Below, piece after piece: positions 46,580 through 55,762 of a stretch of 64,000 bases of DNA (within the stretch, counting starts at the first letter, position 1; each line of letters begins with the position of its first letter). Below the pieces are notes generated by a model. It was given only the letters and a program-made list of their open reading frames with translations. It was not told the DNA's origin and made no database searches. Made by a program: the position numbers and the translations under genes. Origin of the DNA: Reclinomonas americana ATCC 50394 (taxonomy: Eukaryota); the NCBI GenBank assembly GCA_048213135.1, contig PS015009.1, positions 1,054,001 through 1,118,000 of the forward strand, written 5' to 3'.

Positions 46580-46891
46580 TTACTCAGACAGAGTCAATTT
46601 ATATAATTTTTTGATAGAGTTCTCATCTTTAGAAACATAGTGCTGAAGAGTATACTCAAAGATTCTCAAATTAATCTGGCCAATATTCTGAAGAATATAT
46701 TTTTCATGCTTATTAAAATTTTCTTCTGTCAGAAAATAACCCTTGGATATATTCGGGTCGCTCTTGAGATCAATATCAAAAATCTCAATAAGATTATTTA
46801 CGGGGATATGCGATATATTCTCATATGCATATACGTTTAAATCCTCTTCACTTTTAAGAGCCAATTCTAAATAAAAAAAATGATATTCCAT
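46580..46891 (-). CDS. Putative immunity protein for the colicin E3-like tip
   Basis: 103 aa, starts 13 bp after the toxin stop. Confidence 0.7.
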   Translation of the reverse strand: MEYHFFYLELALKSEEDLNVYAYENISHIPVNNLIEIFDIDLKSDPNISKGYFLTEENFNKHEKYILQNIGQINLRIFEYTLQHYVSKDENSIKKLYKLTLSE

Positions 46892-46903
46892 TATTTTACG
46901 AAT

Positions 46904-47896
46904 TTAAAAAGCTAATACAGGGCTTAATATTGGTGCCGCAGCTCCATCTGTTGCTATAACAACAACCCACGCTCCTAGTACCGCTGCAACATGTCCCATT
47001 TCTTTTGGAACCTTTGTTCCATATGGAGGAATAATTACTCCAGGAGGAGCTGGGTACGGAGGAGAATTTGACAAGGACTTAAAAAATTCGGAAGTTTTAT
47101 CAACTTGACTAGACCCCTTTCCTAATTCATACCCAAGCGAGGCTCCTGCAAAATCAGGGAATTTTTCTTTCCATTTATCTAACGCTACCGATTTATATGT
47201 TGGCACGCGTTTTTCATCTGCCTCTTTTATCTTTTCACCTGTTTCTGGATCATATGCTCCCTGATGTTTTCCTCTTCTATTATAAACCTCAACTTCCCCA
47301 TGTTGAAAATCCCATTCCGCATGCCAGCCTTTATCTAAACTCCAAGCTGGTCTGGCGCCATTCTTATGTTTAAGTCTTCGTGAATCTTCAAAGCCGGGGA
47401 GTGATTTTTTATACTCCGGAGGAACTGGGTAATAACCTTTGACAGTATCTCCAGGCACCATTCCATCTGAATCTACGAACCTTAATGGATTATTATAGGC
47501 ATAACAATAAGGAGACCATCTTCTACTTTTATCAGACAGGGGGTCAGAAACAAACCATCTTCCAATTTGCCCATCATACATTCTCGCACCATAATCCACC
47601 CATTCCAATCCACTGCCATCGCTAAACTCTTTTCCCTGCTTCTCCTTACCACTATACTGGTATTTATTTTCCATTCCTCCGGCCGCCTTACTACTTATTC
47701 CCGCCATCGTCAACCCAAACGGATAATAATGCGTTTCTTCCAGTAAAGGCCCACGATTATGAATAACTTCTAAATTATCAAAGAACACATCAACGTTGCT
47801 TTCGTTGCTGCAATAAATATACACAAATCCTGTTTTTGTGACCGGCACATTTTGTAAAAAATGAGACTTCAGCCCGCCCGTAGACCCACTGTTCAC
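46904..47896 (-). CDS. Orphan Rhs core/tip with colicin E3-like (Cytotoxic) RNase domain
   Basis: [24 protein letters not shown], then [24 protein letters not shown]; 5' truncated, core homology extends to ~47972. Confidence 0.85.
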   Translation of the reverse strand: MNSGSTGGLKSHFLQNVPVTKTGFVYIYCSNESNVDVFFDNLEVIHNRGPLLEETHYYPFGLTMAGISSKAAGGMENKYQYSGKEKQGKEFSDGSGLEWVDYGARMYDGQIGRWFVSDPLSDKSRRWSPYCYAYNNPLRFVDSDGMVPGDTVKGYYPVPPEYKKSLPGFEDSRRLKHKNGARPAWSLDKGWHAEWDFQHGEVEVYNRRGKHQGAYDPETGEKIKEADEKRVPTYKSVALDKWKEKFPDFAGASLGYELGKGSSQVDKTSEFFKSLSNSPPYPAPPGVIIPPYGTKVPKEMGHVAAVLGAWVVVIATDGAAAPILSPVLAF

Positions 47897-47990
47897 CGCA
47901 TCAAACCCGGCTGTTACATAATTGAAATGATCATCAAAAAATATGTAATTAATGGCGGCTTTTACATTGTTAGTCGTAAGTCCGGAAGAG

Positions 47991-48035
47991 AGAATTAAAC
48001 GATACTAGTACTCTTGCGGAACACTTGCTCAGAGA
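47991..48035 (+). repeat. Rhs-array hairpin repeat
   Basis: AGAATTAAACGATACTAGTACTCTTGCGGAACACTTGCTCAGAG. Confidence 0.8.
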
Positions 48036-48138
48036 AGAGATTCCACCATTTCTTATAATCGGGTCTGTTTGAATCATAAGGATTATTTTTATCTGGCGGC
48101 CATTTCATAAATGAACACCGCTATTTAGGAATAATACT

Positions 48139-48774
48139 CTACCTTATGGGGAGGTACTTAAAATCAAATACTTCACTAGCTCTGTCACTTAGAACTACCA
48201 TACCGACTTCATTTTTTTGACAGCTTTGCTCATCGACAAATGACAAATATCCAACCATAGCATTTATACTCTTACAAAGCTGATATATAAACTCCTTCCA
48301 AAAAAACACTCCCCGTTTTTGTACTAATGTCTCATCGAAAAAAAGAGTGACTTCTCCTTTATAAGGTGGTTCCGAAACACTTGGCCTTAAAAGCCTATTT
48401 CCAGAACCGCTTTCCCAAATTGGCCCAAAACGATGGTTCTCAATCCGTCCTTCGATTTTATCCTTTTTTACTTTCTTGAAATAGAATGCGCCTCCTGGTT
48501 GGCTGAGCCAACTTATTGGCCCGGCTAACTCATGCTCATTAAATGATCTATTAATTGGCTCATAGGCGTTGCATTTATCAGGTTTTAAAAAACCATTATC
48601 ATAAGTAGAAATAAACCTAATAAGCGTTTCAGCCAAATCATTCCATAATACTTTATTCAAAATAAATTCCGAATAGTCTTTCGATGAAAATTGCACATTT
48701 TCAGACAAATACTTAACAATCGAGTTATCAGTAAAATCTTGTTCCGTAAATATTGTTAATTGTAATTCCGGCAT
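48139..48774 (-). CDS. Orphan putative immunity protein
   Basis: 211 aa AT-rich ORF preceded only by a ~22-codon toxin-tail remnant. Confidence 0.65.
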   Translation of the reverse strand: MPELQLTIFTEQDFTDNSIVKYLSENVQFSSKDYSEFILNKVLWNDLAETLIRFISTYDNGFLKPDKCNAYEPINRSFNEHELAGPISWLSQPGGAFYFKKVKKDKIEGRIENHRFGPIWESGSGNRLLRPSVSEPPYKGEVTLFFDETLVQKRGVFFWKEFIYQLCKSINAMVGYLSFVDEQSCQKNEVGMVVLSDRASEVFDFKYLPIR

Positions 48775-48861
48775 GATTTCTTTTTATTGAGGTCCTATAT
48801 CTGTACGCTTTATAACTTCGGTTTTTGGGATATTCTTTGATATTTTAGTCTTTGTGCCAGC

Positions 48862-48963
48862 GAGATTTCAGCTTGCCTGTAGAACCGCTGTTCACCACAT
48901 CAAACCCGGCCGTTACATAGTAAGATAATCGTTGAGAAATGTCCAGTTCACATATGCTTTGAG
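48862..48963 (-). pseudogene. Rhs pre-core fragment ending at a repeat half-site
   Basis: LKAYVNWTFLND../YVTAGFDVVNSGSTGKLKS abutting TTGTGCCAGCGAG (48852-48864). Confidence 0.7.
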
Positions 48964-49090
48964 TTTAACGCAGACATAGGTTTGGTTGTTTGAAAATAAG
49001 TATTAGGGGCTAGTGATATCAAAAATCGGTTGGTGATAACATCAACCGCAGTAAAGCGAAAACCCTTAATGGGGCTTTGTTGATTATGTA

Positions 49091-49816
49091 CTATAAATAA
49101 TTTTCAAGAACAGCCGATAAAGGAGTTTCTTTATTGTATAGCCTAAAAATCTGTTTGTTTACATCTAAAAATAAGGCGATCTTTTCCCCATTGTAAAATA
49201 AAAAAGGATTCCATGTTTTACCGTCTTTATCGAGTTCCATATGCCACATAAGTTTATTATTATAATTAATAAAAACTTCTCCAATTAAAGCTAAACAATT
49301 GGCAAAATTCTCCCTGTAAAAATGAAAAGGTTTTTCTTTTTGTGCAATTAAGCATTCTACTCTTTTTAATAAATTCTTATCAACTTTAGGGTTATCCTTA
49401 ATATTCAATTTTAATAGAAGTTCTTTAATAAGAGTAAGCCTATTTTTATAAAACTCTTTCCCTTCTTTATTCTTTCCGAACATTACTGTATGAGATATTA
49501 CTTCAGAATAATATCCATCATTCACTACAGCATTAAACTCTTGTTCATTTTCAAACAAAATAGCCTCATCTACTAACTTTAATATTATTTCTTTATTGTC
49601 ATTAATGTATATGTCCCCAGATATATTTCTAGGTACTTTTTCATATTTAGTTAAGACTTTATTGGCAACTAAACTATCAACACTTCCCTCCTTTAATATA
49701 GTTGCAAAAACAAAGTTACCGTTAGTCAAATCATGCAGAACCATATTTTCAGTTTTCATCTGAGAAAAAGTATTTATGTACATACAAATATTAAATATTA
49801 AAAAGAATGCTCGCAT
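49091..49816 (-). CDS. Putative immunity protein with signal-like N terminus
   Basis: 241 aa, starts 5 bp after the toxin stop. Confidence 0.7.
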   Translation of the reverse strand: MRAFFLIFNICMYINTFSQMKTENMVLHDLTNGNFVFATILKEGSVDSLVANKVLTKYEKVPRNISGDIYINDNKEIILKLVDEAILFENEQEFNAVVNDGYYSEVISHTVMFGKNKEGKEFYKNRLTLIKELLLKLNIKDNPKVDKNLLKRVECLIAQKEKPFHFYRENFANCLALIGEVFINYNNKLMWHMELDKDGKTWNPFLFYNGEKIALFLDVNKQIFRLYNKETPLSAVLENYL

Positions 49817-49820
49817 AAAA

Positions 49821-51104
49821 TTAATTTATTAACCTGAATGGCTTTTTCAACTCTGCATCATTGCCAGCCCTTCGAATTAAGGTTGTAGGCATTGTTCCGC
49901 CAACCCCAAGAGTACTAGTAACTGTATTTAATACCGTGACCCCCGAGGAGACTCGGACAGTACCATCACTACTTGTGCTTTGCTCCACCGTTCGTTGCAT
50001 CAATTGTACATTCCTAGAAGTCGCATAATCAATTAACCCCTGGTCGATTTGTGTATTTGCTGGTGTAACTAATGTTAAGTTTGCCATACCCAAATCCGAA
50101 GGTTTTAAAGACGCATCATATACGCCATTTTTAGTGCCGCCGCTCATGTCTGCTAACGCATCAACCATCGTTTGAAGTTGCCCAGGGTTCCATTGATCTT
50201 GTGTCGTAATTTCTGACTTAAATTTAACTTCGACAAAACTGGCTTCTTTAAAAACATATGAATCTTTGGGCTTTCCATTATTATCATATACTATACCAGC
50301 AGAACCCGTAACCATATCAGGTTCGACTTTTGAGGCCCTAGATATACCAGAATATTCTTTGTAATTTTTTTCTCCGTTCAATGAACTTATAACCGCATTC
50401 TCAAATATCCTACCTAAATTTTTTACATCTAGTTTGCAAGCGCCACAGTTTTGCGTAACAACTCCATTTTTAAACCCCAATGCTATTAAGTCAGATGTAT
50501 TAAATGACTTGTATGGCCTATCGTCTGCAGGCTTTGCCTCCATTCCATCAGGGTCTATAAATCTCATTGGATTATTATACGCATAATTGTAGGGGCTCCA
50601 CCGACGCATCTTATCTGACAAAGGGTCAACAGTATGCCACCTTCCTATTTGAGGGTCTTGCATCCTTGCGCCATAATCATACCAATCCAATCCGCTTCCA
50701 TCACTGAACTCGTTAGATTGTTTCTCCTTACCGTTGAATTGATATGTATTTGTGAGAGCACCTGCAGCGTTACTCGATATCCCACTCATTGTTAATCCAA
50801 ACGGGTAATAATGCGTCTCCTCCAGCAAAGGTCCCCTCGAATGTATAACTTCCAGGTTATCAAAGAACACATCAACGTTGCTTTCGTTGCTGCAATAAAT
50901 ATACACAAATCCTGTTTTTGTGACTGGCACATTCTGTAAAAAATGAGACTTCAGCCCGCCCGTAGATCCACTGTTCACCGCATCAAATCCGGCTGTTACG
51001 TAGTTAAAGTGGTCATCAAAAAATATGTAATTAATGGTGGCTTTTACATTGTTACCCGTATTGGGAGGAACGACATTGGTAAAACCCTCGATAGACGTAA
51101 CCAC
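49821..51104 (-). CDS. Orphan Rhs core/tip with putative PD-(D/E)xK nuclease
   Basis: [38 protein letters not shown]. Confidence 0.8.
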   Translation of the reverse strand: MVTSIEGFTNVVPPNTGNNVKATINYIFFDDHFNYVTAGFDAVNSGSTGGLKSHFLQNVPVTKTGFVYIYCSNESNVDVFFDNLEVIHSRGPLLEETHYYPFGLTMSGISSNAAGALTNTYQFNGKEKQSNEFSDGSGLDWYDYGARMQDPQIGRWHTVDPLSDKMRRWSPYNYAYNNPMRFIDPDGMEAKPADDRPYKSFNTSDLIALGFKNGVVTQNCGACKLDVKNLGRIFENAVISSLNGEKNYKEYSGISRASKVEPDMVTGSAGIVYDNNGKPKDSYVFKEASFVEVKFKSEITTQDQWNPGQLQTMVDALADMSGGTKNGVYDASLKPSDLGMANLTLVTPANTQIDQGLIDYATSRNVQLMQRTVEQSTSSDGTVRVSSGVTVLNTVTSTLGVGGTMPTTLIRRAGNDAELKKPFRLIN

Positions 51105-51234
51105 AAAAAAGTAAGAGATTCATTATTTCATCTCTACGACTCTCTTAAACAGCAACGCATCATCAACATTCCAAAAAAACAATGTCGCTTACAACAATAG
51201 CAAACAATAAAGTTCCCCATTGAAGACTTCTGTA

Positions 51235-51684
51235 TTATTCACACTTACTAAGCGCTTCTTCTAACGCTTTAGAGATTTCTTCTACACTTGCTTTATCTAG
51301 AACTTCTATTCTTTCCTTGGAAACATTTATAAAACCTTTACTTCCTTCGTTTTTCATTGGTGTAAAAATCAATATGTCATTTTTTTTAAGAACACTTACA
51401 TGAATACTGTCTTTGTATAAATCACTTTGCTTTTTTAATCCAATGCTATTTAAAAATTCTTTTGATGATTCTTTCCAGTCTGTTGGGTTAGGTAATCCCA
51501 TTTTACTGCAACTCAAAGCTTGTTTGGTTTGTTTAACCACTTCAGCTAATGTATTATTGCCATTTAGCCAAACAAATGGCTCTGATGCTATACTTAATCC
51601 CATTTGCAAACGTGACAAACTATGGACTAAATATTTGTTCTGCTTTATCAATTTATAAATTGACGCTTGTTGTATTGTTTCCAT
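51235..51684 (-). CDS. CdiI-like (DUF1436-type) immunity protein
   Basis: ALSCSK, G.KKQSDLYK, IFTP, EEISKALEEALSKC; adjacent to the CdiA-like tip. Confidence 0.75.
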   Translation of the reverse strand: METIQQASIYKLIKQNKYLVHSLSRLQMGLSIASEPFVWLNGNNTLAEVVKQTKQALSCSKMGLPNPTDWKESSKEFLNSIGLKKQSDLYKDSIHVSVLKKNDILIFTPMKNEGSKGFINVSKERIEVLDKASVEEISKALEEALSKCE

Positions 51685-51685
51685 A

Positions 51686-52954
51686 TTATTTTACAAACTG
51701 AAGATTAAAATTAATGCCTTTGTCCTTTGCATATTTTATTGCTTCGCTTATTTGTTCCCATTGTTGCAATGATGCTTTTCCTGGCTCTATAGCTACCTGA
51801 AGTGATTTACTTGTGAAGTTAACTCCTTCAGTTGCTGTTACTCCTTCTCTTGTTGCTGTAGTAAAATTGTCCAACTTGTTTACATAGCCTTTCAACGTAC
51901 TTAATAAACCGTTTCCTTCATTATAACTCTTTGCGGTTAAATCAACACTTTTGATACTTGTAGCTACGCCATCAACAAGTTTATCTATAACAGGAAAGTT
52001 CTTGGGCAGGTTACCGCCTAATGCTTTTTCAATCATTAGGCCTCTTTCTAAGCTATTTGTCATCCTCCAAACACTTGATGCACCTCTGAACTCTCCTACA
52101 ATTGGAATAAAGTTTAATACCTTTTCGGTAGTAGAAAGTTTTTCATCTGTAAAAAAATCTTTACCAGTATAAGCTTGGTATATCCACTTGGCAATATTTA
52201 CGCCGGGAATAAAATCAGTAATAATACCAAGTTTTTGAGGCGCTGCTGCGTGATACCCATTTTCAAAAGCCTGTACATTTCTTTTTAATGCCGCAGGGTC
52301 CTTGCTATCTTGAGCTAAACCCATCCGGGCATACATGTGTATGTCAACTGCCTCTAACCCTTCTAATTCAAAATGTGAGGTTACTTTGTTTTCAGAGAAG
52401 GCATACGTACTATTATAAATGAATCGATCTGCAAGAGGGTCTATTTGCCAGAATCTTCCTGTTTGACAATCTTCCATTCTGTATTTGAACTCGTACATGC
52501 TAATGTCAAAGTCATTAGTAAATTCCTGCCCTTGAAATCTCTGTTTCGTATTTTCGAAAACACCTGCCGCCTTAGAAGATATCCCCGCCATCGTCAATCC
52601 AAAAGGATAGTAATGTGTCGCTTCCAGCAAAGGTCCTCTGGAATGTATGACTTCCAGGTTATCAAAGAACACATCAACGTTACTCTCGTTGCTGCAATAA
52701 ATATACACAAATCCTGTTTTTGTGACCGGCACATTTTGTAAAAAATGAGACTTCAGCCCGCCTGTAGATCGGCTGTTCACCGCATCAAACCCGGCTGTTA
52801 CATAGTTAAAGTGGTCATCAAAAAATATGTAATTAATGGCGGCTTTTACATTATTGCTGGCGTTGGGCGGGTTGTTATTGGTAAAAATACCGATCGGGGT
52901 CACTGTACCACCCGTATTGTTATTAAGAATAGTACTGGTAGCGCCATGCTGCAC
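51686..52954 (-). CDS. Orphan Rhs core/tip with pre-toxin TG-like segment and CdiA EC869-like DNase
   Basis: HFELEGL, DFIPGV..TGKDFFTDEKLS, LPKNFPVIDK..GVATSIKSVDL...SY, LKGYVNKL. Confidence 0.85.
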   Translation of the reverse strand: MQHGATSTILNNNTGGTVTPIGIFTNNNPPNASNNVKAAINYIFFDDHFNYVTAGFDAVNSRSTGGLKSHFLQNVPVTKTGFVYIYCSNESNVDVFFDNLEVIHSRGPLLEATHYYPFGLTMAGISSKAAGVFENTKQRFQGQEFTNDFDISMYEFKYRMEDCQTGRFWQIDPLADRFIYNSTYAFSENKVTSHFELEGLEAVDIHMYARMGLAQDSKDPAALKRNVQAFENGYHAAAPQKLGIITDFIPGVNIAKWIYQAYTGKDFFTDEKLSTTEKVLNFIPIVGEFRGASSVWRMTNSLERGLMIEKALGGNLPKNFPVIDKLVDGVATSIKSVDLTAKSYNEGNGLLSTLKGYVNKLDNFTTATREGVTATEGVNFTSKSLQVAIEPGKASLQQWEQISEAIKYAKDKGINFNLQFVK

Positions 52955-53109
52955 CGCTGTATTGGCGCCTCCAGACAGAACTCTTGCTATAGAGGACTTG
53001 TAACTATTTTTATTGCGACTCCTCCATAATAATATTTTTGTTAGAGTCTTCTTTTATATATTCCGTATTTTTAATGCCAAAGGAAATTATTTAAAATAAT
53101 TAAAAATTA

Positions 53110-53673
53110 ATGCCCCCTTTATATCAACTCAAGGAACTTGGCTTTAAGAAGCAATTAGCATTTGCATATCTCACATGTGAACGCCTATTTCCTAATTACG
53201 TTTTTTTTTCCAACAATTTCTCTTTCGGAAACCCTAACTCACTTAGACAAGCTATTACTTCTATTTATCAGTATCTTTTGGGAGAGACATCAGATAAAAA
53301 CAGAATAATTCAAGAAATAAAAGAAACCGAAACTAATACCCCTGATACAAACGATTTTCCAACCATTTTTGTTTCCCCAGCTCTAGATGCATGTACTTGC
53401 ATCTTAGATAGCTTGAATTTTATCTTAGACCATGATTTTAATAATATTGAAAGCATATCTTCATATGGCCTTGAAAGTGCAAGCACTTTAATCCAGGAAG
53501 CAGATAATATTAGTTTAAGCTCTATTTCAGAGTTTCAAGAAAAAATATATCCACATCCTTTGATGCAACAAGAAATTAATATTCAGTCCGGTATAATTAC
53601 TTTTCTAAGTAAGAGTCAGCAGATTGATGCAGATGACATAACAATTTTAATGCATCTTCAGCAAAAGCAATAA
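53110..53673 (+). CDS. DUF416/YjaG-like protein, putative immunity (inverted orientation)
   Basis: QLAFAYLTCERLFPNY..F, PDTNDF..PALDAC, HPLMQQE. Confidence 0.8.
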   Translation: MPPLYQLKELGFKKQLAFAYLTCERLFPNYVFFSNNFSFGNPNSLRQAITSIYQYLLGETSDKNRIIQEIKETETNTPDTNDFPTIFVSPALDACTCILDSLNFILDHDFNNIESISSYGLESASTLIQEADNISLSSISEFQEKIYPHPLMQQEINIQSGIITFLSKSQQIDADDITILMHLQQKQ

Positions 53674-53679
53674 AATCAA

Positions 53680-54816
53680 TCAATTTTTTATTCCCTTTAT
53701 GATGGGTTTAGGTATGTATGTTGATGCTGCAACTGCTTTCATAGAATAGGTTTTTAGAGGGCTGGCTGCTCTTGCACTAGCATTGTCTATTGCAGTGGCA
53801 CAACTAGAACAAATTGGTCGGCTAGCCGCTACTGCTTTTACTGTCATATTATTAGCCTTAGCATAGTTCAAAATCGTAGTTTCTGCATGTCCATCACCTG
53901 ACACAGCCACTTCTCCTTTCTTTAAAGCAGCAAGCTGTGGGGTTCTCAAACTATTTTCACTAAATGAAACTAATATTGTTACTTCCCCTTCAGAATTAGC
54001 GGCAGCTCCTACAGCCGTCGTCGTATATCGTTGAGTTGAAGTACGTAACGATCCTTGTATTTCTGAAGCTCTCAGAAATAGATCTTTACCAGGAGATGCA
54101 GTTCTAAAAGCAGTTCCAGTTACTAAGGCTGCTTCCGTAGGAATTTCAGCTCCAATTAACATAGATGCTGCTGCATGGTAAACTTCGGCAGCAGGCTTAT
54201 TCATTTCCAGCAACCCTGCATTTTGCTGAACAGATCCCTTTAACGCATGCATTTGTTCTGAAATAACTCCTTGCTCTTTATATTCACCAGCATTAGATTT
54301 TGCTAATACTTCGGAGCCATCAAGAAAATCCTTTTTTCCTCCATATAAATTTATAGTCCAGTCCTGTAATTTTTGCGCAAACCATGACTCTAAGCCTTCT
54401 AATTCAACATGGTTCGTTACTTTGTTTTCACTAAAAGCATAAGTACTATTGTAATTATAATCTTCTGAAAGAGGGTCAATTTCAACAAAGCGACCTATCT
54501 GCGGATCATGATTTCTCCACTTAAACTGAACCCAATCCAAATCGAGTTCATCGTCAAATTTCTGTCCCTGAAAGGTTTTTTCCTTATTCTCCATCCCTCC
54601 CGCCACCTTACTACTTATCCCTGCCATCGTCAACCCAAACGGATAATAATGCGTTTCTTCCAGTAAAGGCCCACGATTATGAATAACTTCTAAATTATCA
54701 AAGAACACATCAACGTTGCTTTCGTTGCTGCAATAAATATACACAAATCCTGTTTTTGTGACCGGCACATTTTGTAAAAAATGAGACTTCAGCCCGCCCG
54801 TAGACCCACTGTTCAC
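53680..54816 (-). CDS. Orphan Rhs core/tip with zinc-dependent deaminase domain
   Basis: HVELEGL, then GHAE..ASRPICSSC (HxE..PxCxxC); core homology extends to ~54892. Confidence 0.85.
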   Translation of the reverse strand: MNSGSTGGLKSHFLQNVPVTKTGFVYIYCSNESNVDVFFDNLEVIHNRGPLLEETHYYPFGLTMAGISSKVAGGMENKEKTFQGQKFDDELDLDWVQFKWRNHDPQIGRFVEIDPLSEDYNYNSTYAFSENKVTNHVELEGLESWFAQKLQDWTINLYGGKKDFLDGSEVLAKSNAGEYKEQGVISEQMHALKGSVQQNAGLLEMNKPAAEVYHAAASMLIGAEIPTEAALVTGTAFRTASPGKDLFLRASEIQGSLRTSTQRYTTTAVGAAANSEGEVTILVSFSENSLRTPQLAALKKGEVAVSGDGHAETTILNYAKANNMTVKAVAASRPICSSCATAIDNASARAASPLKTYSMKAVAASTYIPKPIIKGIKN

Positions 54817-54892
54817 CGCATCAAATCCGGCCGTTACATAGTTAAAATGGTCATCAAAAAATATGTAATTAATGGCGGCATTTACATTGTTA
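54128..54892. repeat. ~770-bp near-identical direct repeat of 56163-56928
   Basis: Rhs core plus ~90 post-cleavage codons shared with the full-length gene. Confidence 0.9.
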
Positions 54893-54910
54893 CTCGTAAG
54901 CCCAGAAGAG

Positions 54911-55030
54911 AGAGTTAAACGATACTAGTACTCTTGCAGAACACTAGTATCAGAGAGCAATATCAACCCGGACACAGTCCGGTAGAATTAAACGGCATAA
55001 GTGATCTTGCAGAACACTTGTGCCAGAGAG
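54911..55030 (+). repeat. Rhs-array hairpin repeat doublet inserted in an Rhs pre-core sequence
   Basis: GATACTAGT..ACTAGTATC and GGCATAAGTG..CACTTGTGCC hairpins with TCTTGCAGAA loops. Confidence 0.88.
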
Positions 55031-55088
55031 GGGTCACTGTGCCACCCGTATTGTTATTAAGAATGGTACTGGTTGCGCCATGCTGTAC
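55030..55088 (-). pseudogene. Rhs pre-core fragment
   Basis: VQHGATSTILNNNTGGTVTP, matching the full-length gene at ~56967-57025. Confidence 0.85.
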
Positions 55089-55136
55089 AATCATACTATT
55101 GGAATTGTCAATAGGGCTTCTCAAATAAACTTCTCA

Positions 55137-55760
55137 TTAACCACCTTTTCCTACATCAATCTTAACCTCATTAATAACTGTGCCTTCTGGTAAATCTTTA
55201 ACCTTAAAATATAGCTGTTTACAAATTTCCCAATACACTTCAATATTCCAGATTTCGTAATTATCAATATTATCATCCCCACCTAAAAACAATGGCACTT
55301 TATATCCTAAACACTCATTGTATTTAGTTTCCTGCTGATTAAGATGAAGAAGCACTTGCCTGAAAAAATTTATTGAAAATAAACTATCCATATCTTCTTC
55401 GGTACTAATTTTATGAAAATCAATTATAGTTTGTTGTAATTGAAAAACTTCGTAAGTAGCAGGATCAAACATAAAAATATAATCGTCTTTTATACTAGTG
55501 CAAAAATGTCTTCCCATCCAGTCGAAAGCAAATGGGTAGATCATGTTTTGATAATCGTTAAAATATGACGCAATAATAAATGACCACTTGGTGCTTGTTT
55601 GAAAGGAGTGGACTCGATATAGCCCCTTGTCAAAAGTACACCCTCCATACTGTGATAGCACTTCAAATAAATCATCAGGAAGATTCTTATAGAATGTTTC
55701 ATCTTCTGTCAAACTTTCCTTGGAAGTAACCTTGCCTTTACTAAGAAATGTCGTAAGCAT
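55137..55760 (-). CDS. Tdi1/DUF1851-like immunity protein
   Basis: YGG..F..GLYRVH, FAFDWMGRHF, CLGYKVPLFLGG.D...NYE; directly after the HNH toxin. Confidence 0.82.
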   Translation of the reverse strand: MLTTFLSKGKVTSKESLTEDETFYKNLPDDLFEVLSQYGGCTFDKGLYRVHSFQTSTKWSFIIASYFNDYQNMIYPFAFDWMGRHFCTSIKDDYIFMFDPATYEVFQLQQTIIDFHKISTEEDMDSLFSINFFRQVLLHLNQQETKYNECLGYKVPLFLGGDDNIDNYEIWNIEVYWEICKQLYFKVKDLPEGTVINEVKIDVGKGG

Positions 55761-55762
55761 AC

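Noticed and set aside
52973-52997. Another copy of the Rhs-array repeat at the CdiA-like cassette border (CTCTTGCTATAGAG)
   Set aside because: Too degenerate, with no supporting hairpin arm; not counted
55005-55027. Sigma-54 promoter in the repeat (minus strand TGGCACAAGTGTTCTGC)
   Set aside because: GG-to-GC spacing is 12 rather than 10, and TGGCAC is not kept in copies whose arms covary
44411-55030. Integron attC or dif/Xer sites as the identity of the Rhs-array repeat
   Set aside because: No RYYYAAC/GTTRRRY ends, no dif-like 11-6-11 layout, and no tyrosine recombinase in the window
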